Both the position numbers and the translations under genes were made by a program. Positions 24,068 through 38,856 of a stretch of 64,000 bases of DNA are shown here, piece after piece. Position 1 is the stretch's first letter. Each line of letters begins with the position of its first letter. Where the stretch lies: positions 1,148,809-1,212,808 of the forward strand of contig OZ199838.1 in assembly GCA_964304625.1 (NCBI GenBank). The letters are read 5' to 3'. This DNA is from Kudoa neothunni. Lineage: Eukaryota > Animalia > Cnidaria. The notes under the pieces are model-generated. The model saw nothing but the letters and a program-made list of their open reading frames with translations. It searched no databases and was not told where the DNA came from.

Positions 24068-26931
24068 TTAAATGAGATGCTCATAATGCTTTTTGATCTT
24101 GTGTCTCCTGATTTTGTAAATTGAAGTCAAAAGTTCGTTCTCAGGAGTCCAAATATCAGTTGTGATTATATATTTGGAAGGTTTTTCCCATTTTTTGAGA
24201 GTCGCTAAAAAAATTTGTCGACTCATACAATTGAAAATTTCAGATCTATTACTTAATCTAGATTTCACATCATCGATAATAACTTTTTGGATTTCTGGGT
24301 CATTTATATATAGATCCAGATCGTCTACGTGTTTAAGATTTTGCTGCAACATTACGTAATCCAAAATTTTGACTCTTTGGGGGATGATTATACCAACTAA
24401 CGAATCATGACTGGATGAAGGAACACAACAACACATTTCCACATAATCCGAGTTGAGTATGCATTGTTCCACATTTGCAAGAGAAAGGAACTCTCCTCCA
24501 GTAAGTTTGATGATATTTTCTTTACGATCTAGAATCAAATAAGTCAACTCTCTTACCAACAAAATCGAAACATTCATTAGGACAAAAAAATAATATTTAA
24601 AATGGGTAGTTATTAACAATAAAGAAAGGGTCGCAAACTTACCTATTATTTTAAAATTTCCGTTTGGCAAATATTCTCCAATATCCCCAGTTAGATACCA
24701 CCTCTTTTTGGTTTGTTCGTCAGTTACAAATTTCCGTCTTGTCTCGTCCTCCATTTTGTAGTAGCCTTTGGCAACGGGTGCCCCATAAATGCAAATTTCG
24801 CCCCGAGGATTTGGGATGTTATTAGGGCAATAATTTCCTTGAAGCAATTAACATTTAATATTTTATGCATATAAACGTTAACATCATAATTAGATATGTG
24901 TACCTTCTTCCCAGGGAATAAGCTTGATTTCTGCTGACGGTGAAACAGCACCACAATCCAATGAATACGGTCCATGGACTTTAGCAAAGTATATGATTAC
25001 AACCATTTTATATAAATTTTAATCACAATCGCTAAATAGTCCAGATCCAAAAGTTTCAGTTGTTCCATAAATCTGTTTAAGATTGATACTGAACAGAGTG
25101 GAAAAAAGGAATGATATTTCTTTGGAAATCGGACCTCCAGCACTATAGACCAACTTTAAGCGGCCTCCGATTGCATCTCGAACTTTTCGCAAGAGAACAC
25201 TTTAGTCATTCGATAATAACAGAAATTGAAAATAATCTAAATACTTGTCAATAATTGGAGCGCTCAAATGCCCCATTTTTAGGAAATAAATTTTGTATTG
25301 GATTGCAAAATCAAAGAGAAGCTGAACAAATCTCGTTTTAGTTTTGATTTTAGCAACAACTGCGTTGACCAATCGATCCGCAATAAGCTGAAGTAATTAC
25401 AGAATATTTTGGTTACATTTTAAAAATTTACAGGAACGAAAAATGAACCAGTTGGTTTAAGTTCGGTGAAGTCGCCTTTTGTTCCGTCCATCAGCCCAGG
25501 GCTCTAATAAATATTCAACAACAGTCTACCTACACTGATTTTTAAATTACGTTATCAAAAAGTGTTAAAGTTCTGCAATGGCCAATTTTGAATCCCAACA
25601 AAAGAGACAAAAATACTAAATAAAATACACAACATTTGAAAGGCAACCCAGCAATGGATTTACCGTATCCAAGGCCAAGTGTGTGAGCGCACGGAAGGTA
25701 GAAAGGAGTAGTGTCCAGGTTTCTACGAGTAAAAAGAGTATTACTTACATACATTGAAAAAAGGATAGAAAATAAAAATGAGATAAATAAAAAAAATAAC
25801 CCGATCAACTCTTTCGCAGGTAAACAACCCAAGGCTGAAATAATATTGCGATGGGAAAGACAAACACCTATTAAATGTTAAATCTTAAACAAATATTAGG
25901 AACACATTTGTAACCTTTAGGTCGTCCCACTGGAACCAGAAGTATACATAATAAGCGCCAAATCATCAGTATCTGGCAGGTTAATCGAAACTACACTTGA
26001 GTTGTGGGTTTCTCCAAGTTGGATAATTTCATGATAGGACCAGAGTTTAACTCCATTTTCGGCGAGTAATGCATTCGACTTGTCTACATTCTTCCCAATT
26101 ACAATTATATTTTTGATTCCACTGATATGATCAAAGAGTTGGACAATTCGTCTCAGAGAGCTTTTGTCGACAATGATAGCAGCAGGTTGTGTCTGATTGA
26201 GGGCATAAATTATGGAGGAATCATCCATATTCGAGAAAACAGTCACCACTTGAAAAATTAAAAAAGTAGGTTCAACCCAATAAATTACATATGGAGCTAG
26301 TTGCGTAGATTCCAAGTTTTGATATTATCCATTCCTCGGAGTTTTTGGCAAATATAGCAATTTTTGGAGTTTCGTTGTTGTGGTTGTACCAAATAGAATC
26401 GATTGTTAATAGCCCATGTTTGAATTGATCGACACGAGCTGCAACCTCTCTAAAACTTTTCCATTCATACTCACCCAAGCGGTATTTTTTAAATATGCGT
26501 CCGGTAACCTCATCTGTATACGATTGTTTGTCTAGAACCTTACGTTTCCCTACAAATAGACTATTTCCATACAACGCTTCAGCGCGCCTTAAAGGTGAAC
26601 GTAAAATAATGTGACATTCTAACTGATTTACTTGATCATATCACTTAAAATGGACACCCCTGGAAATCCATTACATAAACTTTCCAATGATTTTTTATTT
26701 CTGTAGGTTTTCTCATATTTTCCCTTATTATCCACACACACTGAGGGTATGTCGTCCAAATGAATATTTCGGAATGTGCCATATTTGAGGAAATATGGGA
26801 CAAGAGTGAGGTAACCATAGATCCAACAAAATATTGACATAATCCAATAGAAAAAAAGTTTCCAGCCCACTGTATTTCTCAATAATACGATATTGATTTT
26901 TGGAATTGTTGTTTGAGGTAGTTGAACTCAT
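24068..26931 (-). CDS. ACSL4: Long-chain fatty-acid-CoA ligase, ACSL3/4 type, paralogue B (13 exons; two +1 frameshifts)
   Basis: LGEYEWKS, IMYTSGSSG(R)PKG, FYLPCAHTLG, QIYGTTET, PNPRGEICIYG, WYLTGDIG, II|DRKENIIKLTGGEFLS, WTPENELLTSIYKIRR. Twelve GT-AG introns. An extra T at 26851-26857 and an extra G at 25926-25928 (coding strand) break the frame. Confidence 0.88.
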
Positions 26932-27167
26932 TATGGGGCGTGCAGTTCGATATAACCAGCCTGTGTCTCATACGGCCCTGTGTCGCTGTGTATTAATCCG
27001 CGAGTTAGCACCTGTGTAATATGTGTTGATAATTAGTTGAATTGATCAAACGGTAAGTGATAAAAATTATAACTTAAAACTAACGTGTTAAACAAAATAG
27101 CCAACAACTAAAGTGATGATGTGTTAGTAGATGCTCAATTCAAAAACAATCACTCGTTCTTCGCTCA

Positions 27168-27189
27168 ATATATATATATATATATATAT
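27168..27189. repeat. (TA)n microsatellite
   Basis: Directly visible, about 240 bp upstream of the ACSL paralogue B start. Confidence 0.95.
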
Positions 27190-29811
27190 CAGAAGCGGTA
27201 ATAATACACTCCTTATTATTCATTAACCGTAAGCTATGAATATAATTGTAATAAATTGGATTTAAAACCAATTAAAATATAGTTTATTTATGGGCATGTT
27301 TTAATTAATCCACATAGAATTAAGAAAAGATCAAAAATTCTAATCCAACACATAATGAATTCTCAACGGTACACATGTATATATCCAGTCGGTGATATTC
27401 CACATCAACTTATTTGACATCTAAATTGTACTGCAGTGGTGAATCATGAGGTTTGGTGATGTGACTTAATACTTTTATTAATTATCCAATATTTACTAAT
27501 TAAAAATCTAGGTTAGAAAATTTAAAATCAAACCTTTTATAATTATATTAATGTTTGTGAGAATTTATAGGAAGTGAATATTATTAACTCGATAATTTTC
27601 GTGTTTTTCTATTCAGGAATATTAAGCGGTTTTTAGGTCATTATAAGTTTAATTATTCTCTTTCTAAATATAATGTTTACGAGGTTTGCTTTTCGAAATA
27701 GGATAAAAGTTTTATTATGTAGGCATTTTAATCGTACGTTAATCACTATACAGGTTACAACCGATATTCGATTACCAACATATTATTATGATACTCATAT
27801 GACAAATGGTTGTATGAATCAAATATCTTTAAACTCTAATCTCCTCTAACACTTTCGACAATAAATCCACATTAAAATTTCGAGTATAAAAGATGCTGAC
27901 AACATATGATTAAAATCAAGGCTTCGTTCTTCTTCGGTTAATCATGTATCACAAAATGCACATTCGATAGAATGGTTTCACTCTCCCAACTATAATATCA
28001 TTTTCGCCAGTCATATTTTTAATAATTTTTCAAATATTAGAAAATATAATAATAATAATAATCAGTTAGATGGAAATTTTTTGTATGCGTTATAATAAAA
28101 TACGATTGTCGTGCATGTCCGTTACCAGTGTTTATGGACTATTTTAAAAAATTTTCGTCTTAGATACTTCCGAAAAAAATAATTTGAACATTAATTACTA
28201 TAAAATCTTCTTTGTAATGAATTATAGTTATAAGTAGGGATCGTAGTTTTCGATTAAAATCGAGTTTAGTCGTCGAATTTTAAAAAAGAAGATTAAATTT
28301 TTGTGCACCACAAGATTAGTTATTATCATAATTTTTCATATAATAACGTAGACTACAAAAAAATAATTTTTCAAAACAATTTAACACTATTTAACAAAAC
28401 CCACGACGACGTATAATTTGCGCAGTATGGTCATAAAGCTGTTTCCATGGAATCATGGTCGTCATCCAACAACAGATTAACATCTTTGTCGCTCCACAAC
28501 TTCAGTATATTATGATCATATTATTTGAAATATGATTTAATGCTGAAATGTGTTTTGGAATGAAAGGTATCAAAGTTGAACGTATTATTCTCAACCATTA
28601 CAAATATACAAATTTACAAATCTCGAGGTGTATAAACCTTAATCTTCTTATTGGGCACTCGACAACCAACATTACATCATGCTTATTTAGTTCTCCTTAT
28701 CAAAATCGTATATTATGATTTGATAAAAAATTTTTAAATATATTATAGTCTAGTTTCTTTCAAATTAATTTTAATTTATGATAAAGAATTAAAAGATTCG
28801 AAGAATAGCTAAATACTACAAAAATCATACTCCACGGATATTTATAGATTATTGAAATTATAACACAAAATCTCATTTCTCATTTGTTGTTAAATAATCT
28901 ATAAAAAAGTAATTTACGTTAATTAAGTGACTTTATTTGATCAATTTCTACTTGGACCAAAAAGGGGCCCATTGATCCTTTGTGTAACTATTTTTAATGA
29001 GCTTTCCATGGTTAATATAAAATATAAATATGCTTAACGTTCTATCAGAACTGTGAATACTTTAATTACATAGATCTCATTTAGGACTAACACTCTTGAA
29101 GGTTTATCACATCATGTGATTCACATGATACAATGCCAATGCAACCTTGGAGTTTATACAAATCAGAGTTCGACTAAAAATTTGAGCCAGAAACAATTTT
29201 GAGTTTTAACCATATAAAATATGAAAGGGTATTAGGAACAAATCCAGATGAAGCAAATAACAAAGAATAAATGAACTTCTAGAATATAGAAGGAGAGATG
29301 CTGGATCGAATTGTGCGACCGTCATCGGAAGAGAAAATTTTATAATCTATCGAATGACAGCCAAAGAATATTTATTTATTATTTCATTATTGTTGTTATG
29401 ATATGCATGTTTCTTCATACACAATAATAAAAAAAATCATTTATTTAATGCGCAATAACTGATTAAACTAATTTTCATTATTTTGCAGGGTAAAAAATTA
29501 TTCGGAGTTCAAACACACTTCTATAACGAATTAGAGTTGGAGTCCGAAGTTGCACTGTATATCATATTGAGTAATTATTTCATTCTAATCTATAACACCT
29601 TTGGTACTTTATAACAAAAAAAGCATTAACTTGGTGAATCATTTTATTTGAATTAAATCGATTCGTTTTATAAAAAATCTGCTTAATTCATTTTACCCTG
29701 TCTCTTTTAAAAATTCGTGGTTCCGAAGAAATGGAGGTCGGAAGCTTTTAAAACAAATTCGGATTAAAATGAAAAAAAACTGATTAAACTACATCAACTT
29801 GTAACGCTTGA

Positions 29812-29836
29812 ATATATATATATATATATATATATT
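29812..29836. repeat. (TA)n microsatellite
   Basis: Directly visible, about 650 bp upstream of actin. Confidence 0.95.
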
Positions 29837-30412
29837 ATAGTTACAATTAACTTTTTACATCAAAATGATTCCCAGATAAATTGATTTCGGATAATAGCAC
29901 AATAACTAAACAGATGGGATTCCGCCCCTCTTAACTTTGGTTGTTGGATGGGGGGTTTACCTTTGATATTTACCGAACAACAATTTATGCGATGATTTTA
30001 ATTCTATTTCGCTTATTCATTTTATTTACACTGTTACGAATAATTTATAGAATGCATATTGTCCAGATATAAGATGTTGTTGTTATGTTGGAATATTCCA
30101 AGAGTAATTACATTAATATTGGCGAGATTGTAAGAATAATAATTTCGGTCATTTCACACGTAAAGAATCGTCACAATATTGGTTCTGCAACATTGATTCA
30201 TATGAAACATAAGTTGCCACGGAAATAGCGAAAGAAACACAAATTAATCTCTTGTGAGCGGTAGGACAATGGGGGAAAATTGGCCGAAACTATTAAATAT
30301 TAAGCAGCACAATGAATTTTATTAGTGATTAGGTGCAGGTCACCAATAACAACCTCAACAGACCTTCACCAGATCACATCCAATAACACGGGATTAACAA
30401 GTTTCCTTTTAA

Positions 30413-31612
<1,200 letters not shown>

Positions 31613-32031
31613 TATTCTGTCTAAAATGCTGCCATATTCACATGACGTGGATTATTGTTTTTGAAAAAATCGAATGGATATTGTTGTTTTGTGGCTAATA
31701 TTTTCATGCATCTTTTTTCATGGTTACGTTTGATGTGATTTTTCGTTGTGTCACAAAATTAGTTAAAATTAGATGACAATGCAGTCAAACTATTTCCATC
31801 TCTCATTTAAGTTTTTAGTAGTGTTTTTTTTAATGAGGATTAAATTTCATTTTTATCCATAAATTATTTGGATCAATGTTTACCTGGCATTTTTCGTCTG
31901 AGTTATGAATTTGGGTTTGGTTCACATAGTTCGATTAGGTTTAGAGAAGATTCTTAGACTTTCTATATTAGACAAAGTTTGAAATGTAGTTTACCCGATA
32001 CTTTAATATTGTAAGGTTTAGGAAGTTTGAC

Positions 32032-32790
32032 CCGGTAACCCACTTAGGGTGTATTACACCCCAAAGCACTTTTATCCTGACCATAAAATTTCGCGAGTTA
32101 TTTCAATCTTTCAAAATTTAGACTATTCTCATAGGTTTATGAATTCCAGCAGTTATTAAAATTTAACGAAAAAAACCAATTGGACCACCCTCTAAAAAAT
32201 CCATATTTACAACCAACTTGGGGTAAATATCACCCCGGACTTTTTTTACTTCAATTTAATTTAAAAATTATTTAAATTTACTTTTGTAAATTATTGATAA
32301 ATTCTATCGCTAGAATTTTGTGAAAAATCGAAATTACTACACCAAGTAATCCAAAACGGCTAAGGCTTTTTTCGTTGACAATGTGCATTCCCTGCGAAAA
32401 CAATAATGGATATAACTAACTTGTCTTTCGCAATACCATTGTTTTCTTAATTAAAAAAATCATAGGTCAGTAATATTCATTTCTAGTTTTCCATTGATTT
32501 TTAACTAAATGTTAATGGGATAATTCAGTTTTGAGTATAAATATGCCCTCGAAATAATAAAGCGGGGCTTACTCGAATAACACTTCGTACTTAAATGAGT
32601 TCCTGAAGATAAATTATAATCAGTTGTTTGATGAAAATCTGTCTTCTAAGAGTGAATTGGATGACTGTTTGTTAGAACCATCGGACTATTCTCACGAAAT
32701 TTCAGAGAGTGAGCTTTCTTATAATGCTACAACAGACTAAAACAGAATTCTCTGGACAGTTAAGAAACCTACTTCATCGAGGACATCTAT
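32032..32790 (+). mobile_element. Probable piggyBac 5' end remnant
   Basis: TTGA-CCCGGTAACCCAC terminus-like start, two GGGT..ACACCCC-type palindromes (about 32047 and 32220), then an acidic N-terminus-like stretch SSKSELDDCLLEPSDYSHEISESE. Confidence 0.35.
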
Positions 32791-33029
32791 TGAGAATATT
32801 ATGAACTACTATTTAAGATTCTACAGTTTAAAAATTTTTTAAAAAAAATAATATGTGTTAAGTATTTTTCAAAAATGTCTATAAAGCTTAAATTTTTAAA
32901 ATTATGACAAAGCTGAGAGATATACAACAATTTCTCAAAAAGGACCCAATAAACTCCCGAGAAAGTACTTGTGTGAAATAAAACACAAATATATAATTTA
33001 TTAATCAACTTTTTTTAAATATATTTATC

Positions 33030-34528
33030 CGAATGAAATGTATTCGAACATTTCAGATGAAGTATCGAACGAACACCCCACACAATAAAAATATGTTCTC
33101 CTGTGGCACACAACACATCCGAGTCATCTTTTGTTGTCATCACTCACAAGTACGACTCCAGAATACATATCATTGAAATATTCAACTGCAATCGAGAACT
33201 CTTCCTCATAATTAAATCTCTTTGTGGAGTTGTGGAGTTATGGAGTTATTAGACTGGCAACAATTTCGCGTGCATGTTAAATCAATGTTTATTGTAGGGT
33301 CATTAAAATGGCGTATTATTTTCTATGAATTGGTGACACACTTGGAAATAAGATTAGTGAATAATGGCCAGTACCATCGTTTACCCTTTATTTTAATTCT
33401 GTAGTTTGCAATCGCGTTATCAGCTAGATCGACACCTCCCATATTAGTTAGCATTGTAATCACTAACAATCTTTGGCTGTGTTATGTTAATGTATTTTTT
33501 TTCTTTTTTTGAGAATCTTTTAGCTGATCCAATAGGAAAACTTCAATCTCAGAAGTATCACCAATTTCCTCGACAAAATTCATGGCCGCACTTTCACCTA
33601 AGCCATCATAAGTTTTATCTGTTGCTTGTTTTCCGCAGTAGATTTTAAAACCGTAAATGTAACCATCCTTACTGTGGCCATTATCTAAAATTTAAAACCA
33701 AATCGAAAAGGCTTGTCCTTTAGAAACATCTTGGCCTAATGCATTCCATAATAAGGTACCATTTGTTCGTTTACAGATTAAATTTTTTCAAAGAAACCGA
33801 ATGATTTGAAGTTTTGGTTTTAGTTTTTCCTACTAAGGGACTAATCTTAAATAACTTCTCGAATTTATCCATATAATCATTATTGTTGAAATGGATATAT
33901 CTTTTTATTTCTTTAAATCTTTTAAGTCAATTTTTTACAATGGTAACTCCGGAATCTTCATTCGCCCCCAATACATTTTTTGGCTTGGTAGAATATGATA
34001 ACCTGAGAGAATTAAAATCCCAATGAGGTTTTTAATTCGGACACGGTTAGATTGAAAAAGCGGTTATCCTTCTGTCGAGCATATAAATTCGACTGTTTTA
34101 CAATATGCAATAGAACGCTGTCACCCAAAAATCATAAAAATTAATTTTGAAAGATATCTACCTTTATATGATGCACCATCTACCGAGGGTTTCGAGATAG
34201 GTTTATTAACTGTTTCGGAGGAATTGGTTGGTAAAACTTTTTCCCATCTAACATTGCTGTATTTAACAGCATTTTTATTTTCATGCTTTTGTAATTTAAA
34301 CAATTGGACACGCCCAGAAACATCAGGGATGTCATCATTTTTTAATATATTGTCCCGTATGGGAAATAAGTTTTCTTCCAAGTCAGTAAAGGCGTCAACA
34401 TTATCAGGAGGAAGCACTACTGTATCTGGAACTTCTTCAAAAGTATCTTTGCTAAGTTCACAGATTGCTTCACTCAGTTTAATGTACTCAATAACGTCAG
34501 CCATGTTAATCCTACTTAGCATCTGCAT
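33030..34528 (-). pseudogene. piggyBac (PGBD-like) transposase pseudogene
   Basis: Frameshifted minus-strand motifs: VVLPPDNVDAFTDLE, ILSGYHILPSQKMYWG, RYIHFNNND, MVPYYGMH*AKMFLKDKPFRFGFKF, DGYIYGFKIYCGK, NMGGVDLADNAIANYRIKIKGKRWYWPLF, and a Cys/His-rich tail. Confidence 0.85.
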
Positions 34529-36362
34529 GTCTCAAGGGTTTATCATTCCCATCTCAGTCCACTATTGCAACCTGAATATTAACTGATATTTATGTATTAT
34601 TTTTCTATTACATGCAGTTCGACGGTTAAATGACAATATTTTTTAAGAGAACAAATAAAAATTAAAAAATTACATTGCAGAAATAATGAAAAGCTTAAAA
34701 TGCAACAATTAAAATAAAAAATTAAATTTACAGAGTGTTGGGACTGAAAGATTGTGTGTGGGTTTCTAAAGTAATCCATTACGTACCGATGAGATAATTA
34801 CCATCATTCTGATATGCCGCTATCTGTGAAACCCCCTCTTTATTCTATTAGCGGCTACATAAGAACCCATTAGCTTACCTTATTATTATTATTATCAACA
34901 TCAACATCATCATCATATTTGAACGACGGTTTCTTGCCTTAACACAGGATTTAACGTTCGAATTAGACTAAATCTTCCATTGAATTTCTCCAGTCAAAAA
35001 TAAAACTAATAGTTAAAATTTTCCATCACATAATACAAAAAAAAGTAAAGCGTTAACCGCTAATATTAAATACTATGAATGATAATGCATTTATATCGAT
35101 ATCTATAGGTGTCTTTTTATTCATCAAATTTAAAAAATTTTATTATTAGATATTTATAATTCAGAAAAATAATTTTTAACATAAAATTCATACGGAAATA
35201 ACAATAAAAGAAGTATATAATCACTGGCTATTGTATTATTGTGATCATTTCGTCAAAAACCATTATCAAGATTTAAAAAAAATATATAAACTAAAACTAA
35301 TACTGCGTAATATCTGATTAAATTTTTTATTTTAGGAATTGAAATCTAACATATACAAATTGCATTTGCTTCCTATAACCTCTTAAGTATAAAATTCATA
35401 ACACTAATAGGCCATTTAACATTTTTATTTAATTTTAATAAAAAGAAACCAGCTGTATAAAAGTTGATCTAATGATTAAATAGCGTTAAAAACAACAGAA
35501 AACTAAAATGCGCATATGAGTGCGTGCGTACCGATTAGTCCGAGGGTAGATGTCATATTTTTTAAGGTAATTATTTTTGAGTTTTTTTTCTACTCAGTCT
35601 TTTTTTAAAAATCGTGTACCATAAGTTTTGTATAAAATCGGAAATGTGAGATATGTGGAAAAGGCCGAATTTGGTGAGGTGTATAATCCTCCATTACCAA
35701 AATTCCTTGTTTCAACGTACATTTATAATTTAGATCTTACTGCAGAAAAGCTTTTTTGTATATTTTGACTACCTAAACTTTATTATTTATATGATGGCCA
35801 TCTCCAGGTATTCGAGGGTTAAGTACGTTTGTGACTTACTTAAGGATTTCTAAAGAATTATATTATTCAGGACTATTAAACTCAATAAGAAGTTGATGAA
35901 ATGCTTAAAATTTTTTTAGGTACAAATATTTAACAACTATATATAAAATTATAATCGGTCCCTCTCTTATATGGTCCATTTATTTTTTAGGATTGCACCG
36001 ATACCACATTTTTAAACAAGTACTCATTCCGATACCTTGTACTACACATGCCCACATTTTTAAGTTTCAACTGTTTTAGACGTTTGTTGTATTCTAATGA
36101 GAGTACGCAAAAATTTTAAGTCATTCAAAAAAAAGTTTTATTTCTCTAAAATTTACTTATTTCACTTAATAAGGGAACTTAACTGATCGTATTATCGGAC
36201 AGTAAAATATTAATTTTCTCAAATGTTTTGATATCCATTACATGGATTACTAGGTAAAACAAATATTTAGCGCGAGATTGGTATTTTTATTCATGAACAC
36301 ATTAAACCTTGAGTAATATATTTTATCAGATAATCAAATTGTGCGCTCGCCATATTTTTAAA

Positions 36363-36440
36363 GATACTAGCGCAAACAGCTCAGAGTTGCTTGGGGAAGA
36401 TTTCGCATAGAGACGTTCCTTTATAACATTCAAAAAAAAA
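36363..36440. repeat. Dispersed repeat of about 80 bp, inverted copy at about 54564-54640
   Basis: actagcgcaaacagctcagagttgcttggggaagatttcgcatagagacgtt..taacatt matches the reverse complement of aatgtta..aacgtctctatgcgaaatcctccccaagcaagactgggcagttcccgctagt. Confidence 0.75.
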
Positions 36441-37728
36441 TATTATGTTTCAAATTTATGTATAGAAGCAGTCAAAATAATTTTTTTAAGCATTCTTTGT
36501 TGATTTTGATTTCGAAATTTAAATCATGATCATTTCAGTTCAGGGGTGTATCAATCCTGGTTTTTAATTAATAATTTCTTGTCCTGGCACCAACGCTAAA
36601 TAATTCAAGGTCACTGTCTTATTTATTTTCTTTCCCGAATTGTTTAAACTCCCTTAAAGTGCTATCTAATACGTTATTTTTTTCCCAGGGGATTTTTAAA
36701 GTATAATTCTGGACCGGCTTGGAAAATGTGTGCACCATTAACTTTTTAAGGGATAACAAAATAGAAAAAGTAATAGAGATGAAGAAAACACAAGAAAATA
36801 AATTTTTATTTCTCAGATTAATATCCTTTGACCCCGCATAAACTTCAATGCGCTTTTTTTAAAACAAACATTGAATTATTTTGTTTCTTTCTTAGTTATT
36901 TACCTCAAAAGTCATTTATTATTACTATTAGATTTTTTACTATTGATAAATAAAATTTTATATAAACTAACTTTAAAAATAAACATTTTGCCAATTTCAC
37001 AAAAACATCTCACTTTTCATTTTAATAAAAATATTTGTGAACTTTTAAATATAGATATTAATGTAGTAAGATTTGTTTTAGTTTATCATTTTTTTTAGAA
37101 ATTAAAGAATTATTCAGTTTTTATTATTAAAATATAGGAACCTAATCTTCAAAAATGATCATGTTAATTTTTTTATATGCCAAAATTTCCTGACAAAAAA
37201 TTCAACAAAATGTACGAATTGAGAATATTTTAAGATGTCAACACAATATTTTAATTAAGGTTATTATTTTTATCGGTACATATATAATTCATTAAAACTA
37301 ATAATTTTATGGAAATAACAATTTTTTCAGTTTTTTATAACAAACATTTTTACGTTTATCGAATGCTATACTAAACACACATGTAAGAATTCTTGCTAAA
37401 AAGTGGTAACTTATTATAATCTATCTTAAGTTATTTCCCTATTGAAATTAAATGTTGTTCTGAAATATAATGTTGATTAATTATTAAAAAAATTCATCAG
37501 CTCCAAGAAAATTAAGAAATATTTGGAGAGCACGAGGTTGTCTTCTCGCTTTTAAACTATTTATGCTTAAACCTATATAATTAAATTTGATATTGTTAAA
37601 TTTGTGTTTATATGGTAAATAATAATTAAGTATCATTAATTTTGACTATTTTTAATTATCTAGTCCCTGAGAGCGAAGGATTGGGATAGAAATAATTGCA
37701 CTTAGCAAAATCTAACAAATCCAATCTA

Positions 37729-37783
37729 TAGATAGATAGATAGATAGATAGATAGATGATTGATAGATAGATAGATAGATAGA
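37729..37783. repeat. (GATA)n microsatellite
   Basis: Directly visible, one interruption. Confidence 0.95.
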
Positions 37784-38178
37784 TTTTAAGGTAGAGTTGA
37801 TGGGATTAGAAATTGTGGTTATGGAAGCGTACAAACCTTTTAAACACAGAATATACTACTCAAATAGCCTCTGCCATAATTAAACCGGTATAAAATCTTA
37901 AATTAAGTATGAATTTGGCATCAAAGTCAAGAGGGTCAAAACAGATTTTTCACCAAATCGAGAAGGCAAATTTAATAAAAATGAGTTAAGAAACCTTGCT
38001 ATAGAGTATCTAATTAACTTTCATTATAGTTAATACTGTTGTATCCTCGAGCGCACGCGGTAGAAAGAAAAAAAATTGAAAGGACTCAAAAAAAGGAATG
38101 TTAATGTAAAAATGTAACGTTATATACGGTGAGGGGCGCCAAAACCGATTCAATGCTGGCCCAAAGTAATGGATCCAT

Positions 38179-38319
38179 GAGGCGGGTCCTACACCCGATT
38201 GCCGAATATGTGTATATTCACCTCTGGGTCTTTCTGAGTAACTTTTAACCAGGTTTGAGTTGTACCGTGTTATGATTAACCGCATTACTCACTTATGGCA
38301 ATCGGAGTTGGTCCGCCTG
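38179..38319. mobile_element. MITE of about 140 bp with about 24-bp inverted termini
   Basis: GAGGCGGGTCCTACACCCGATTGCC ... GGCAATCGGAGTTGGTCCGCCTG. No clear TSD. Confidence 0.55.
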
Positions 38320-38856
38320 ATAATTGTGGTTCCCTTGAAATTGTTTATGGTTTTTCAACGGATATCGTATAGTTGGTCACGATACCCAACAAATATGAAT
38401 ATTATTACTGTTATTAATGGGTTTATCTAAGTGCCTTGTTAATGGTACTTACGAGATTCGTTACTTGAATTCTCGCCCAGATATCCTAACCATTAACTCC
38501 AAACTATTAATTTAGGATAGCTACTAGAAATTTATATTTGAATATTAATGTGTGCATCAATTTTTGTTGGGCTATGTGACAAATTGTCGAATTTTGAATG
38601 TTAGAATAAATTGACCTAAAATGTTGATATATCGAAATTTCCATCATTCTCATTGTATACCAATTAATTTCTAATTTATTGTTTCAAATATTATAATCGT
38701 CGTAAGAATGAAACCGCTAAAATATTAGATATACATTAAGAAATTACTCTATTAACTATAAAAAGTATCGAAGATCATTAAATTATTAAATAACTAATTA
38801 AACTTTATTTAAAATTAAGCACTTGCATCGTTAATTTTCCAAATGAGAAAATTAAT

